Positions 9,696 to 19,285 of a DNA stretch of 64,000 nt are shown here, piece by piece. The DNA comes from an uncultured Bacteroidaceae bacterium (lineage in GTDB: Bacteria; Bacteroidota; Bacteroidia; Bacteroidales; GCA-2748055), in the NCBI GenBank assembly GCA_964563105.1, contig CAZLXM010000002.1, forward strand, positions 41,716-105,715, read 5' to 3'. A program made the position numbers and the translations under genes. The notes below the pieces were generated by a model. The model was given only the letters and a program-made list of their open reading frames with translations. It made no database searches and was not told the DNA's origin. Position 1 is the first letter of the stretch, and every line of letters starts with the position of its first letter.

Positions 9696-12434
9696 ATGGG
9701 AAAAATAAATAAATATTTAAGTTATCTGATTCCGGTAATACTGATAAGCGTGATCCTGTACGGATATCTCAGGCTTAAAAGTTATGATATAGGAAAAAGC
9801 GACCTTTCACTTGCAATTACAAATAATAATATATTATTTGTTGAAACTCCTGATTTTTTTGCCCTTATGGATCAGCTTAGGGAAGTGGACGGTATTTGGG
9901 ACGAGTTGAAAATCATACCTGAAATACAAATAACAGATTCTCTGATTAATGGCTTATTGTCTTTAAGTAAAAAAGAAGAAAAAATAAAACTTTTATTGCA
10001 TGGAAAAATAATTTTTTCTTTGAATATAAATTCTGATAACACACTTTCATCTGTACTTATAAGCCGGCAAACAACACGCGGACAGAGTAATTCCCTGTTT
10101 TCATGTCTTCAAAAAATGCAGGGGGTTAATAATATCTCAAAACAAAAAATTGATGGAAATTATATTTATGAAGTTCATCTAAACAAAAGCCTGGCAATCA
10201 AACCTTTTTATTATGCTTTTAAAAAAGGCCTGATCATTTCGAGTTTCTCAATGCAACAAGTGGAAGAAGCCCTCAAAATATTAAATAATCAGGAAAATAA
10301 AAATCCCCTGTCTTTCTATACTGAGATTCGGGCAGTCATTTCAGATAATCTTAACACAAACCTGTATCTAAATTTTTATGCTTTTGATAAACTGATCAAT
10401 AAACTAACTTTAAATGAAGAATTTAATACAAGCCTGTTCGCGGAATCAGCAGGATTTGACTTTAATATTCAACAAAACGGACTTTCCCTGAATGGGTTCA
10501 TTGTAACAAATGAAAGGACAAATTCGGGACTAAGAATTATTGCAAATCAAAAACCTTCTCCTTCAGGACTGATTGAAGCAATACCCGGTTCTGCAGCAAG
10601 TTTCATTTTAATGAATATTACTGACCCAAATGCTTATTTTAATTCACAATCCAAACATCAATCCTGGAAACCTGATAAGATTAAATTAAATGAAATCGAA
10701 AATAAATACTCAATATCCTTACAAGAGTTTATCAAAAATAACATCAAAGATGAATTTGGATTAGTAATTCTTGAAAACAGAAAAAAACCATCATTCTTTT
10801 TTATTGCTGAAGTAAACAGCGGAAGTATTACAGAAGCCCGTCTTAAAGAATACCTGCAAAAATGGGCATCTGTTAACAAAACAGACCCTGCGGCAAATTA
10901 CAATTATGTGGAAATTGATAAACAAAGCGAAATTCCAATTTATAAGCTCCCGCTTGGCGGGATCCCTCAAATGATTTTTGGAAATATATTCAGAGAAGTT
11001 AAAAATGACTTTTTTTCAATTTATGATAATTACCTGATTTTTGGAAATTCTGCCGGAGAAATTGCTGATTTTGTTTATCAGTTAATGCTTGGGCAAACTT
11101 TTAGCGAATCTGAAAAGTATAAAAATATTACAGATAATCTCCTTACACGCTCAAATTTATTTTTTTATGCTGATCCATTAAAAGTCTTCAACTTGTTTTC
11201 CGGTAAATTAAAAAAACAAACTATTGATTTTTATAATAATACAGAAATATTAAAAAAGTTTAACGCTTTAACCTTGCAATCCAACTATTCAGATGATCTG
11301 TATTATGCCAGAATATTTATAAACTATTCTGACATTATAAGCGAACAGGTGAACAATATTTGGCAGAGTAAACTCGATACAGTGCTGATTATTAAACCTG
11401 CCATTGTTATAAATCATTTAACTTCAGGAAAAGAAATACTGGTTCAGGATGCAAGCAATCAATTATATCTTTTAAGCAATGCAGGAAGAATTTTGTGGAA
11501 AATCCATCTCGACGGGCCCATTATGAGTGAAATATATCAAATTGACTATTATCGAAACAAAAAACTTCAATATCTGTTTAATACTAAAAACAAAATATAT
11601 ATTATTGACAGAAACGGAAATCCGCTTGATAATTATCCATTGGCTTTACGTTCCCCGGCAACAAACGGAATAGCATTATTTGACTATGATCTTGATGGAA
11701 ATATAAGAATTTGCGTTGCCTGCGAAAACAGACGTATTTATATGTATAACCGTGAAGGAAAAATAGTACCGGGATGGAATCCTGTTCCGACAGATCACAT
11801 TCTCCACAAACCCCTGCAACATTTTAAAGTTTCAGGAAAAGATTATCTGGTAGCTGCAGATATTCATAAAACTTATATTTATGACCGCCAGGGAAATATA
11901 CGTGTTAATCTGTCAAAACAATATCCTGTATCCGTAAACAATCCTTTCTGGCTTGATAGCAGCCAGGGTGCCGCCAAAGCAAAGCTGGTTAATACCGATA
12001 CCCTTGGAAACATAATAAATATATATTTGACAGGTAATACAAGTATTGAAAAAAGAGAAACATTAAAAAGCTCTCACTTTTTTATTATGTCGGACCTGAA
12101 TAATAATAAAAAATATGAGTACATTTTTATTTCAGATAGCACACTGATAGTAACTGATGTATCCGGAAAAACTTTATTCAGGGAAAATCTTGGTTCCGAA
12201 ATTACTTACAAACCAATAATTTTCGAATTTTCAAATAATGATAAAAAAATTGGCATTGTAGTTGATCAGGAAGAAAAAATTTATCTCTTTAACAATGACG
12301 GAAGTATTTATAACGGCTTTCCGCTTAAAGGAAGTACTCTGTTTAGTATTAGCAGCTTTCCGGGTTTAAAAGGAAGATTTAACCTTATCGTCGGAAATAA
12401 TGATAATTTTTTATATAATTATGTAGTACAATAA
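9696..12434 (+). CDS. Hypothetical membrane-anchored protein with C-terminal beta-propeller-like repeats
   Basis: 912 aa with an N-terminal TM helix (YLSYLIPVILISVILYGYL). The last ~350 aa carry reiterated blade-like units: NKIYIIDRNGNPLDNYPL, RRIYMYNREGKIVPGWNP, KTYIYDRQGNIRV, EKIYLFNNDGSIYNGFPL. No family recognised with certainty. Confidence 0.6.
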   Translation: MGKINKYLSYLIPVILISVILYGYLRLKSYDIGKSDLSLAITNNNILFVETPDFFALMDQLREVDGIWDELKIIPEIQITDSLINGLLSLSKKEEKIKLLLHGKIIFSLNINSDNTLSSVLISRQTTRGQSNSLFSCLQKMQGVNNISKQKIDGNYIYEVHLNKSLAIKPFYYAFKKGLIISSFSMQQVEEALKILNNQENKNPLSFYTEIRAVISDNLNTNLYLNFYAFDKLINKLTLNEEFNTSLFAESAGFDFNIQQNGLSLNGFIVTNERTNSGLRIIANQKPSPSGLIEAIPGSAASFILMNITDPNAYFNSQSKHQSWKPDKIKLNEIENKYSISLQEFIKNNIKDEFGLVILENRKKPSFFFIAEVNSGSITEARLKEYLQKWASVNKTDPAANYNYVEIDKQSEIPIYKLPLGGIPQMIFGNIFREVKNDFFSIYDNYLIFGNSAGEIADFVYQLMLGQTFSESEKYKNITDNLLTRSNLFFYADPLKVFNLFSGKLKKQTIDFYNNTEILKKFNALTLQSNYSDDLYYARIFINYSDIISEQVNNIWQSKLDTVLIIKPAIVINHLTSGKEILVQDASNQLYLLSNAGRILWKIHLDGPIMSEIYQIDYYRNKKLQYLFNTKNKIYIIDRNGNPLDNYPLALRSPATNGIALFDYDLDGNIRICVACENRRIYMYNREGKIVPGWNPVPTDHILHKPLQHFKVSGKDYLVAADIHKTYIYDRQGNIRVNLSKQYPVSVNNPFWLDSSQGAAKAKLVNTDTLGNIINIYLTGNTSIEKRETLKSSHFFIMSDLNNNKKYEYIFISDSTLIVTDVSGKTLFRENLGSEITYKPIIFEFSNNDKKIGIVVDQEEKIYLFNNDGSIYNGFPLKGSTLFSISSFPGLKGRFNLIVGNNDNFLYNYVVQ

Positions 12435-12447
12435 TTTACAATAAGAT

Positions 12448-14115
12448 ATGTTAAAATCGAAATATTTGAAATCAGGATTTGCATTTATTGTAATGATAAG
12501 TTTATTATATATGTACTCCTGCCTGGATGACAAATATGATTTCAATAAAATATCCACAGACATACTTCTGAAACCAAAAGTAAATGCTCCGCTGGCTTTC
12601 GGATCCATTTCAATAAAAAGTATTCTTAAGGAATTTGATATAAATCAAGCTATTAAAGAAGATAGTGATAAATCACTTTATTTTACATATTCAGATAGAA
12701 TCGTTTCCAGCAGAGCATCAGAATTTTTTGATATACCCGATCAAAATTTTAATATCCAAACAATTAATCCCAATATTTCCAATTCCAATTGGATATCTTT
12801 TCAAACACAGGAAACCCTGAATTTTCACAAAGAAACAAAGAAAACATTTATTTTTTCTGCTGATGAACGACCGGATAGTATTTTTATAAGAAGCTCTGTA
12901 CTCAGAATTAACATTAAATCATCATTCAAAGCCCCCGGAACACTTAAAATTTCTGCACCAACTATCTTTACAGAGGATGATATCCCCTTTTCTGCAGATA
13001 TCCCCGCCTCTAATACTTCAGGAAATTTTGATCAATCAGTTAATATAAATCTTAATAATGCAAAAATTATCCTTGATAATAATTTTGACCCCGAAATATC
13101 AGTACTTCCTTTAATTCTTGACTTTAGTCTTAATAATCCTGATGTTGAAATCGAACCGGATACAAAATGTAGTATATCCATTTCTTTGAGGAATATCCAA
13201 TTCTCTGCTTTATTCGGATATTTGGGAAATCATGAGCTTATGAAAAGGGATAATCAACTCAGATTAAACTTATTTGATGTAGATAATATAGATAAAGGAA
13301 AAATCCGGTTTTTTAACCCTTCCTTATTGTTTGATATTTCAAACTCTTATGGGCTGCCAATTTATGTTGAACTATATGATTTTTCCAGTTATTCAGAAAG
13401 ATATTCAAACACAATACCTATTTATTTCACATCCGGTAATCCCTTTGAGATCCATGCTTCTACACAGCCCGGAAGTTTTGCGAAAACAGAAATTATTTTT
13501 GATAAAAATAATTCTAATCTGGATGAAGCTATCGATAATGAAGTAAACCTCCTTACCTTCAAATCAAACTCAAATACCAATCCTGACAATTTCAAAATTC
13601 ACAATAATTTTGTAACTGATAATAGCAGACTGATTATTGATTTTATTATAAAGTTGCCTTTATGGGTGAAAGCTACAGATGTCATCCTGAAAGATACTAT
13701 TGATTTTGACCTTGAAAAAATAATTTTGGATGGTGTTGGCAAATTTATTGACTATTTGAAAATTTCTATTGACGCTGATAATGGAATACCTCTTGAATCA
13801 GAACTGCAGGTATATCTTACAGACGAAAATTATGTTCAGATTGACTCAATATTTAACGGGGATAATAATCATTTTCAGCCAGCTAAAACAGATTCTGACG
13901 GTAATTTAATTTCTAAAACATCTATATCACATAAAACAGAATTTTCAGGAGATAAGATAAATAATTTTAAAAACATCAAATTTGCCATAATATCAGTAAA
14001 AGTAAATACTCCGGAAACAGAACAAAACAGATATATTAAATTCTTTTCTGAATATTCAATAGATTATAAAATAAAATTAAAAGCTGATTTGACTATTGAC
14101 TCAAAAGATTTATAA
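12448..14115 (+). CDS. Hypothetical lipoprotein
   Basis: 555 aa with a basic n-region, a hydrophobic core and 'LLYMYSC' (Cys25), followed by acidic LDDKYD. No recognisable domain. 13-nt gap to the upstream gene. Confidence 0.55.
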   Translation: MLKSKYLKSGFAFIVMISLLYMYSCLDDKYDFNKISTDILLKPKVNAPLAFGSISIKSILKEFDINQAIKEDSDKSLYFTYSDRIVSSRASEFFDIPDQNFNIQTINPNISNSNWISFQTQETLNFHKETKKTFIFSADERPDSIFIRSSVLRINIKSSFKAPGTLKISAPTIFTEDDIPFSADIPASNTSGNFDQSVNINLNNAKIILDNNFDPEISVLPLILDFSLNNPDVEIEPDTKCSISISLRNIQFSALFGYLGNHELMKRDNQLRLNLFDVDNIDKGKIRFFNPSLLFDISNSYGLPIYVELYDFSSYSERYSNTIPIYFTSGNPFEIHASTQPGSFAKTEIIFDKNNSNLDEAIDNEVNLLTFKSNSNTNPDNFKIHNNFVTDNSRLIIDFIIKLPLWVKATDVILKDTIDFDLEKIILDGVGKFIDYLKISIDADNGIPLESELQVYLTDENYVQIDSIFNGDNNHFQPAKTDSDGNLISKTSISHKTEFSGDKINNFKNIKFAIISVKVNTPETEQNRYIKFFSEYSIDYKIKLKADLTIDSKDL

Positions 14116-14116
14116 T

Positions 14117-15547
14117 ATGGAATTGAAGGATCGCAGATTTATGAAAGTAAAGATAAGCAAACTGAAATTTTTCAGCATTTATTTGCTCTTTATATTAAAT
14201 TATGCATATTCACAAAATCAAAATACACTTTTCTTTTTAAAAGAAATACCACAGAATTATTTCATTAATCCGGCCTTTAAAAATGATAGTAAATTTTTTA
14301 TCGGATTTCCGGGATTAACTCCTTTTAATCTTAGACTTGAAAATTCAGCATTTTCCATTAAGGATGTTCTGAAATATGATGAAAGCATTGATTCACTGAT
14401 TACCTTTCTTCATCCAAATGCTGATCCGGATGCCTTTCTTTCCCTGCTTAAAGATAAAAATACTATCTCCGCCGATGTCGGGACCAGCCTTATATCTATT
14501 GGATTTCAAACAAGAGGGACTCATTTCAGTTTTGATCTGTCTCAAAGAGCATTTTCTAAAATATTTTATCCGGATGATCTTCTGAAATTACCCGTTTATG
14601 GTAATGATTCGATCATGTTTTTTGATTTTAATAATTTGGCAGTCCATGCTTCAGTATGGACAGAAATTGGTATGCGGGTCGCATTTCAATTAACCGACAA
14701 TCTGCAAATCGGATGGAGACCAAAATTTTTATTCGGACAGGCAGCTTTCAGCACTAATCTGTTTAATGTCACCCTCGGTACCGGAGATGAGGTATGGCCG
14801 GTCCATTCGCAAATTAAAATGGATATGTGCGCTCCATTTTTAAATGTTAATTATAATGACGAGGGAATGATAGATTTTGACAGACTGGAATTTAAAGAAA
14901 TAAATAGATTCAGGGAAATGTCCAATACTTTATTTAATGGCGGAAATATGGGCTTTTCAATGGATTTAGGTGCTGACTTCCAGGTTAATGAAAAATTGCA
15001 GATATCTGCAAGTATAATTGATATGGGGAATATAAAATGGAGAAAAGGAGTCTATAACCTGCAAAATAATGCCAGTTATGAATTCAGAGGAATGGAAATT
15101 GATCTGGAATCAGAAAATATTCTAAAAAGCCTGGGAGATTCACTTAAACAAATATTCAGGTTCACTGCAGATGAAAAGTATTTCACAACATTCCTCCCCA
15201 CTAAAATATATGCGGGATTTACCGTGTATCCTCATCAGGCAATCGGACTGGGGATATTATCAGGAACAGCAATTTTTTCCGGAGATCTGAGGCAACAATT
15301 TACTTTTTCAGCTAACTACTCCCCTTCCCGGATCTTTAATGCAGCTATGTCATATACATTGGCAAATGGTTATTTTAAAAATATCGGACTGGGATTTTCA
15401 TTCAGTCCGGGCCCATTTAACATATATCTGATTTCAGATACAGGGCCATCGGCCATTTTCAGGCCTTATAATTTACGTAACCTTAACCTGCAACTGGGTA
15501 TGAACTTTGTATTCAGAGATAAGAATAAAAGAAAATATCTGTATTAA
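14117..15547 (+). CDS. Hypothetical outer-membrane beta-barrel-like protein
   Basis: Signal peptide ends at ...FILNYAYSQ. Alternating-hydrophobic, aromatic/Gly-rich strands run throughout, and the protein ends '...LQLGMNFVF' plus a basic tail. The start is ambiguous (14096, 14117 or 14141). Confidence 0.5.
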   Translation: MELKDRRFMKVKISKLKFFSIYLLFILNYAYSQNQNTLFFLKEIPQNYFINPAFKNDSKFFIGFPGLTPFNLRLENSAFSIKDVLKYDESIDSLITFLHPNADPDAFLSLLKDKNTISADVGTSLISIGFQTRGTHFSFDLSQRAFSKIFYPDDLLKLPVYGNDSIMFFDFNNLAVHASVWTEIGMRVAFQLTDNLQIGWRPKFLFGQAAFSTNLFNVTLGTGDEVWPVHSQIKMDMCAPFLNVNYNDEGMIDFDRLEFKEINRFREMSNTLFNGGNMGFSMDLGADFQVNEKLQISASIIDMGNIKWRKGVYNLQNNASYEFRGMEIDLESENILKSLGDSLKQIFRFTADEKYFTTFLPTKIYAGFTVYPHQAIGLGILSGTAIFSGDLRQQFTFSANYSPSRIFNAAMSYTLANGYFKNIGLGFSFSPGPFNIYLISDTGPSAIFRPYNLRNLNLQLGMNFVFRDKNKRKYLY

Positions 15548-16262
15548 ATTAATATTCAATAATAAAACTAACTTTATCCTTTTGGCAAAAATTGATCCTG
15601 ATATACACTTCTCATGGAAAGAAATTCTTTATGATGAATTCAATTCTCCATATTTTGCTTCCCTTAAAGATTTCCTGATAAAAGAAAAACAAAAATTTAC
15701 AGTTTATCCGCCCGGTAATCTAATTTTTAATGCTTTCAATACAACTCCTTTTAACGAAGTTAAAGTAGTGATATTGGGCCAGGATCCATACCACGGACCG
15801 GGACAGGCACACGGCTTATGCTTCTCCGTTCCTGAAGGGATCAAAGCGCCTCCGTCACTCATAAACATCTTTAAAGAATTAGAAAATGATCTTGGAATTG
15901 CTGTGCCTGAACATGCTAACCTCAGATACTGGGCTGAACAGGGAGTTTTACTCCTTAATGCCACATTAACCGTACGTGCAAATCAGGCAGGATCACACCA
16001 GGGAAAAGGATGGGAACAATTTACAAATGCAGTTATACAAAATATTTCAAAACGAAAAAAAAATGTTGTATTTCTGTTATGGGGTAATTATGCAAGGGCA
16101 AAAAAATCACTAATTGACCTGAATAAACATTATGTGCTTGAAGCTGCTCATCCATCACCGCTATCAGCATTTAACGGATTTTTTGGATGTAAACATTTCT
16201 CTAAAACCAATAAATATCTTGAAGAAAAAAAAATAAAAATAATAGACTGGAAACTTGAGTAA
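15507..16262 (+). CDS. ung: Uracil-DNA glycosylase (family 1)
   Basis: 'VVILGQDPYHGPGQAHGLCFSV' and 'HPSPLSA' are canonical Ung motifs. ATG 15507 overlaps the upstream gene by 41 nt. In-frame TTG at 15582 would give a more typical ~226-aa protein. Confidence 0.9.
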   Translation: MYSEIRIKENICIKLIFNNKTNFILLAKIDPDIHFSWKEILYDEFNSPYFASLKDFLIKEKQKFTVYPPGNLIFNAFNTTPFNEVKVVILGQDPYHGPGQAHGLCFSVPEGIKAPPSLINIFKELENDLGIAVPEHANLRYWAEQGVLLLNATLTVRANQAGSHQGKGWEQFTNAVIQNISKRKKNVVFLLWGNYARAKKSLIDLNKHYVLEAAHPSPLSAFNGFFGCKHFSKTNKYLEEKKIKIIDWKLE

Positions 16263-16374
16263 TTGTACAAAAATTATGATGGTAAATAGTTTAGATGTCT
16301 GTTAACTGATCTTTAAACAAACAATTATTTTCTCATTAATAAGGCCTGAATTTCAAATTTCCACATTAAAATAT

Positions 16375-16382
16375 TATATTTG
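16375..16382 (+). promoter_or_regulatory. -7 promoter box TATATTTG (TAnnTTTG) upstream of the Fe-S protein gene
   Basis: Exact TAnnTTTG lies 66 nt upstream of ATG 16448. The -33 position (20-nt spacer) reads TTTC, 3 of 4 matches to TTTG. Confidence 0.45.
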
Positions 16383-16383
16383 C

Positions 16384-16395
16384 GTATTCAAATAC
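16384..16395. promoter_or_regulatory. Inverted repeat GTATT-CA-AATAC, candidate operator
   Basis: Perfect 5-bp arms with a 2-nt spacer sit immediately downstream of the -7 box. They are followed by TTATTTACCT, which recurs upstream of the Rrf2 gene. Confidence 0.3.
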
Positions 16396-16447
16396 TTATT
16401 TACCTGTTAAACTTATTTTTTATTAATTCTTCAAATAATAATATACC

Positions 16448-17359
16448 ATGATCCGTGAAATAATTAAAATAGATGAAGATAAATGCAACGGATGCGGATT
16501 ATGTATCCCCGCCTGCCATGAAGGTGCCCTTCAAATAATTGATAATAAAGCTGTATTATTAAGTGATCTTTTATGTGACGGCCTGGGTGCCTGTCTGGGT
16601 CACTGTCCTGAAGGCGCTCTTTCAGTGGAAATACGTGAGGCAGAACCATATAATGAAGAAGATGTGATAAAGGAAATGGTAAAAAAAGGAAAGAATGTAG
16701 TCATTGCACATCTGAAACACCTTAAAGACCATAATGAAACTGATTTATTGAAACAGGGAATTGATTTTTTATGGAAAAATAAAGAAACCCTGGATTTTAA
16801 CCCTGCGGAAATAGTTGAATCCGTTTTTGCACTGTCACCGATGTCTAAAGAATTTAAATTATCAGGAAAGGCACAAACAGTTGCCACCGGAATTTCCAAT
16901 AGTTGCCCCGGCTCCAAATCCATTCAAATTGTCAGGGACAATGGCACAGATACGATTAAAACAGTTGATCAGCCGTCGGCATTAACACAATGGCCGGTGC
17001 AATTACACTTAATTAATCCTGCCGCCGGATTTTTCAAAAAGTGTGACCTGCTTTTTGCTGCCGATTGTGTAGCTTTTTCAATGGGAAATTTTCATAACCA
17101 ATTTCTTAAAAATAAAAAACTCATTGTTGCCTGTCCTAAACTGGATACGGGACATGAAATTTATATTAACAAAATCAGACAATTGATTGAAATAGCTGAA
17201 ATTAACACTATTACCGTAATGAGAATGGAAGTACCATGTTGCAGCGGACTTCTGAAATTGGTCAGTATTGCACGACAAAGTGCAAAATCCAATGTTCCGA
17301 TAAAAGAAATTGTTGTCTCCATAAGCGGAGAAATTATCAGCGAAAAATGGCTTTCATAA
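16448..17359 (+). CDS. 4Fe-4S dicluster domain protein with C-terminal Cys-rich domain
   Basis: The N-terminus carries two ferredoxin-type motifs, 'CNGCGLCIPAC' and 'CDGLGACLGHCP'. The C-terminal half has further conserved Cys (AADCVAF, VACPKLD, VPCCSG). Exact family not recognised. Confidence 0.7.
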   Translation: MIREIIKIDEDKCNGCGLCIPACHEGALQIIDNKAVLLSDLLCDGLGACLGHCPEGALSVEIREAEPYNEEDVIKEMVKKGKNVVIAHLKHLKDHNETDLLKQGIDFLWKNKETLDFNPAEIVESVFALSPMSKEFKLSGKAQTVATGISNSCPGSKSIQIVRDNGTDTIKTVDQPSALTQWPVQLHLINPAAGFFKKCDLLFAADCVAFSMGNFHNQFLKNKKLIVACPKLDTGHEIYINKIRQLIEIAEINTITVMRMEVPCCSGLLKLVSIARQSAKSNVPIKEIVVSISGEIISEKWLS

Positions 17360-17386
17360 AATATTGGAATATTTTTCGGGAATAAT

Positions 17387-17394
17387 TACATTTG
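17387..17394 (+). promoter_or_regulatory. -7 promoter box TACATTTG (TAnnTTTG) upstream of the Rrf2 gene
   Basis: Exact TAnnTTTG lies 34 nt upstream of ATG 17428. ATTG sits at the -33 position with a 20-nt spacer. The box is followed by aGTATTTATTTACCT, shared with the 16375 promoter. Confidence 0.45.
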
Positions 17395-17427
17395 AGTATT
17401 TATTTACCTTAATTACCTGAATCCTCA

Positions 17428-17838
17428 ATGTCTAAATTAGTTTCATTGTCTGTAGCAGGATCTATAGCTATACACGGAGTGATCCTTATAGGAGATTCTG
17501 AAGGACCATTGAGCGTGGCACAGATTGCTGACATGACCGGAACATCAAGGCATCATGTTGCAAAAGTAATGCAACGACTTACCAAAGAAGGATATATATT
17601 ATCGCAGAGAGGGCCTGCCGGAGGTTTTATATTAAATAAACCGGCAGAAAAAATTAGCTTTCTTGATATCTATGAATCGATTGAAGGTAAAGTTTATATT
17701 CCTGAATGTATGATGGATAATAAGACATGCCCTTTTGAAAAATGTATAATGAATAATATTATGCACAAAATAACCAGGGAGTTCAGAGATTATCTGAATA
17801 AGCAACTTGTCTCAGATTACATTAAAAAAACTTCCTGA
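17428..17838 (+). CDS. Rrf2-family transcriptional regulator (cluster-ligating type)
   Basis: 136 aa with a winged-helix region 'SVAQIADMTGTSRHHVAKVMQRLTKEGYILSQRGPAGGF'. Three C-terminal Cys in 'PECMMDNKTCPFEKC' (C-x6-C-x4-C) resemble the IscR/NsrR Fe-S ligands. Confidence 0.85.
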   Translation: MSKLVSLSVAGSIAIHGVILIGDSEGPLSVAQIADMTGTSRHHVAKVMQRLTKEGYILSQRGPAGGFILNKPAEKISFLDIYESIEGKVYIPECMMDNKTCPFEKCIMNNIMHKITREFRDYLNKQLVSDYIKKTS

Positions 17839-18814
17839 TCCCAATTATTTCCCTGACATCTTTAAGGGTTTTCCCGGCACTTTCCCTAGCCTTTTCAGCG
17901 CCCTGCCTGGCAATTTTCGAAAGATAATTCTCATCGGCGAGAATGTCAAGGATCCTTTCACGTATTGGGGTTGTAAACTTAATGACATCCTCTGCAAGTT
18001 GTTTTTTCAGATCACCATAACGTATATTACAGTTATTGTATTGCTCAAGAAAATGCTTATAAGTAGATGGCCCTGATAAAAGCTTTAGTATATAAAAAAG
18101 ATTACGTACCGGTTCCGACATTTTCTGCTTTATCTCCTTTGGCCCCTCATCAGTAACAGCCCTCATCACTTTTTTTCGTATTTCTTCGGCTGTATCAACA
18201 AGATAAATACCGTTTTCATTCGATTTCCCCATTTTCCCGCTCCCATCAAGACCGGGGACTTTTATAAGCTGCTTCCCAAAGTTAAAAGGTTCCGGAAGAT
18301 TGAAATATTCAACACCATATAAAGTATTAAAGCGTTTTGCAAATCTTCTGGTCATTTCCAGATTTTGCTCCTGATCTTTTCCAACAGGAACTTTATGAGA
18401 GTTATGAATAATAATATCAGCAGCCATAAGAACAGGATAAGTTAAAAGTCCGGCATTAACATTATCCGGCTGGCTTCGGACCTTTTCTTTAAAAGTTGTA
18501 GTACGTTGCAACTCACCGATATATGCATTCATATTTAATAAAAGATACAATTCAGGGACTTCCGGGAGATCACTCTGAATATAAATAACCGACTTTTCAG
18601 GATCCAGTCCCGATGCAAGATATTCAGCTAATATTTGTTTCACATTTGCATGCAGGTCACCAGGTTTTGGGTGGGTAGTTAATGAATGAAGGTCGGCAAT
18701 AAAAAAAAAGCAATTATATTCATCCTGCATCTTTACAAAATTTTTTACAGCTCCGAAATAATTACCCAGATGAAGATTTCCTGTTGATCTTATACCACTT
18801 AATACTGTTTCCAT
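17822..18814 (-). CDS. trpS: Tryptophan--tRNA ligase
   Basis: Class I signatures 'TGNLHLGNYFG' (HIGH-type) and 'KMGKS' (KMSKS). 330 aa. The 3' end overlaps the Rrf2 gene by 17 nt. Confidence 0.95.
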   Translation of the reverse strand: METVLSGIRSTGNLHLGNYFGAVKNFVKMQDEYNCFFFIADLHSLTTHPKPGDLHANVKQILAEYLASGLDPEKSVIYIQSDLPEVPELYLLLNMNAYIGELQRTTTFKEKVRSQPDNVNAGLLTYPVLMAADIIIHNSHKVPVGKDQEQNLEMTRRFAKRFNTLYGVEYFNLPEPFNFGKQLIKVPGLDGSGKMGKSNENGIYLVDTAEEIRKKVMRAVTDEGPKEIKQKMSEPVRNLFYILKLLSGPSTYKHFLEQYNNCNIRYGDLKKQLAEDVIKFTTPIRERILDILADENYLSKIARQGAEKARESAGKTLKDVREIIGIRKFF

Positions 18815-18917
18815 AAATAAATCAAATATTGGCTTTTTTCAATGAAACACAAAGCTACAAAATGTTATGTAAAAATTTTAATTTTACACTTTCCTTAAAA
18901 CCCAAAATTTAGTAATC

Positions 18918-19259
18918 ATGGAAATTAATGAATCAACAAGGCAAAGAAAAGTATCAAGGCTTCTACAAAAAGAATTGGGAACTTATTTTCAACAAAACAG
19001 CACTATTTATGGGAATAAAATTATTAGCGTTACTGTGGTAAGAATAAGTCCGGACCTTAGCGTTGCAAAAATATACCTGAGTATTTTCCCGGTTAAAACC
19101 GGTGAAGACATCCTGAAAGATATAAAAAACCATAAAAATGTAATTAGAAATTTTCTGGGTACACAGGTTAAAAATCAACTCAGGATTATTCCTGAACTTA
19201 CTTTCTTCATAGATGATAGCCTTGATTACACCGAAAAAATTGATAAATTGCTGAAATAG
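18918..19259 (+). CDS. rbfA: Ribosome-binding factor A
   Basis: 113 aa. 'RQRKVSRLLQKELG' and 'ISVTVVRISPDLSVAKIYLSIF' match the RbfA KH-like fold pattern. Followed by an FtsX-type permease, as commonly seen in Bacteroidota. Confidence 0.85.
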   Translation: MEINESTRQRKVSRLLQKELGTYFQQNSTIYGNKIISVTVVRISPDLSVAKIYLSIFPVKTGEDILKDIKNHKNVIRNFLGTQVKNQLRIIPELTFFIDDSLDYTEKIDKLLK

Positions 19260-19285
19260 AAATCTTTTTTAATCTTTGACTTTAA

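Noticed and set aside
17807-18076. 89-aa plus-strand ORF overlapping the 3' part of trpS
   Set aside because: It is antisense to a well-supported trpS, has no recognisable features, and starts inside the Rrf2 gene.
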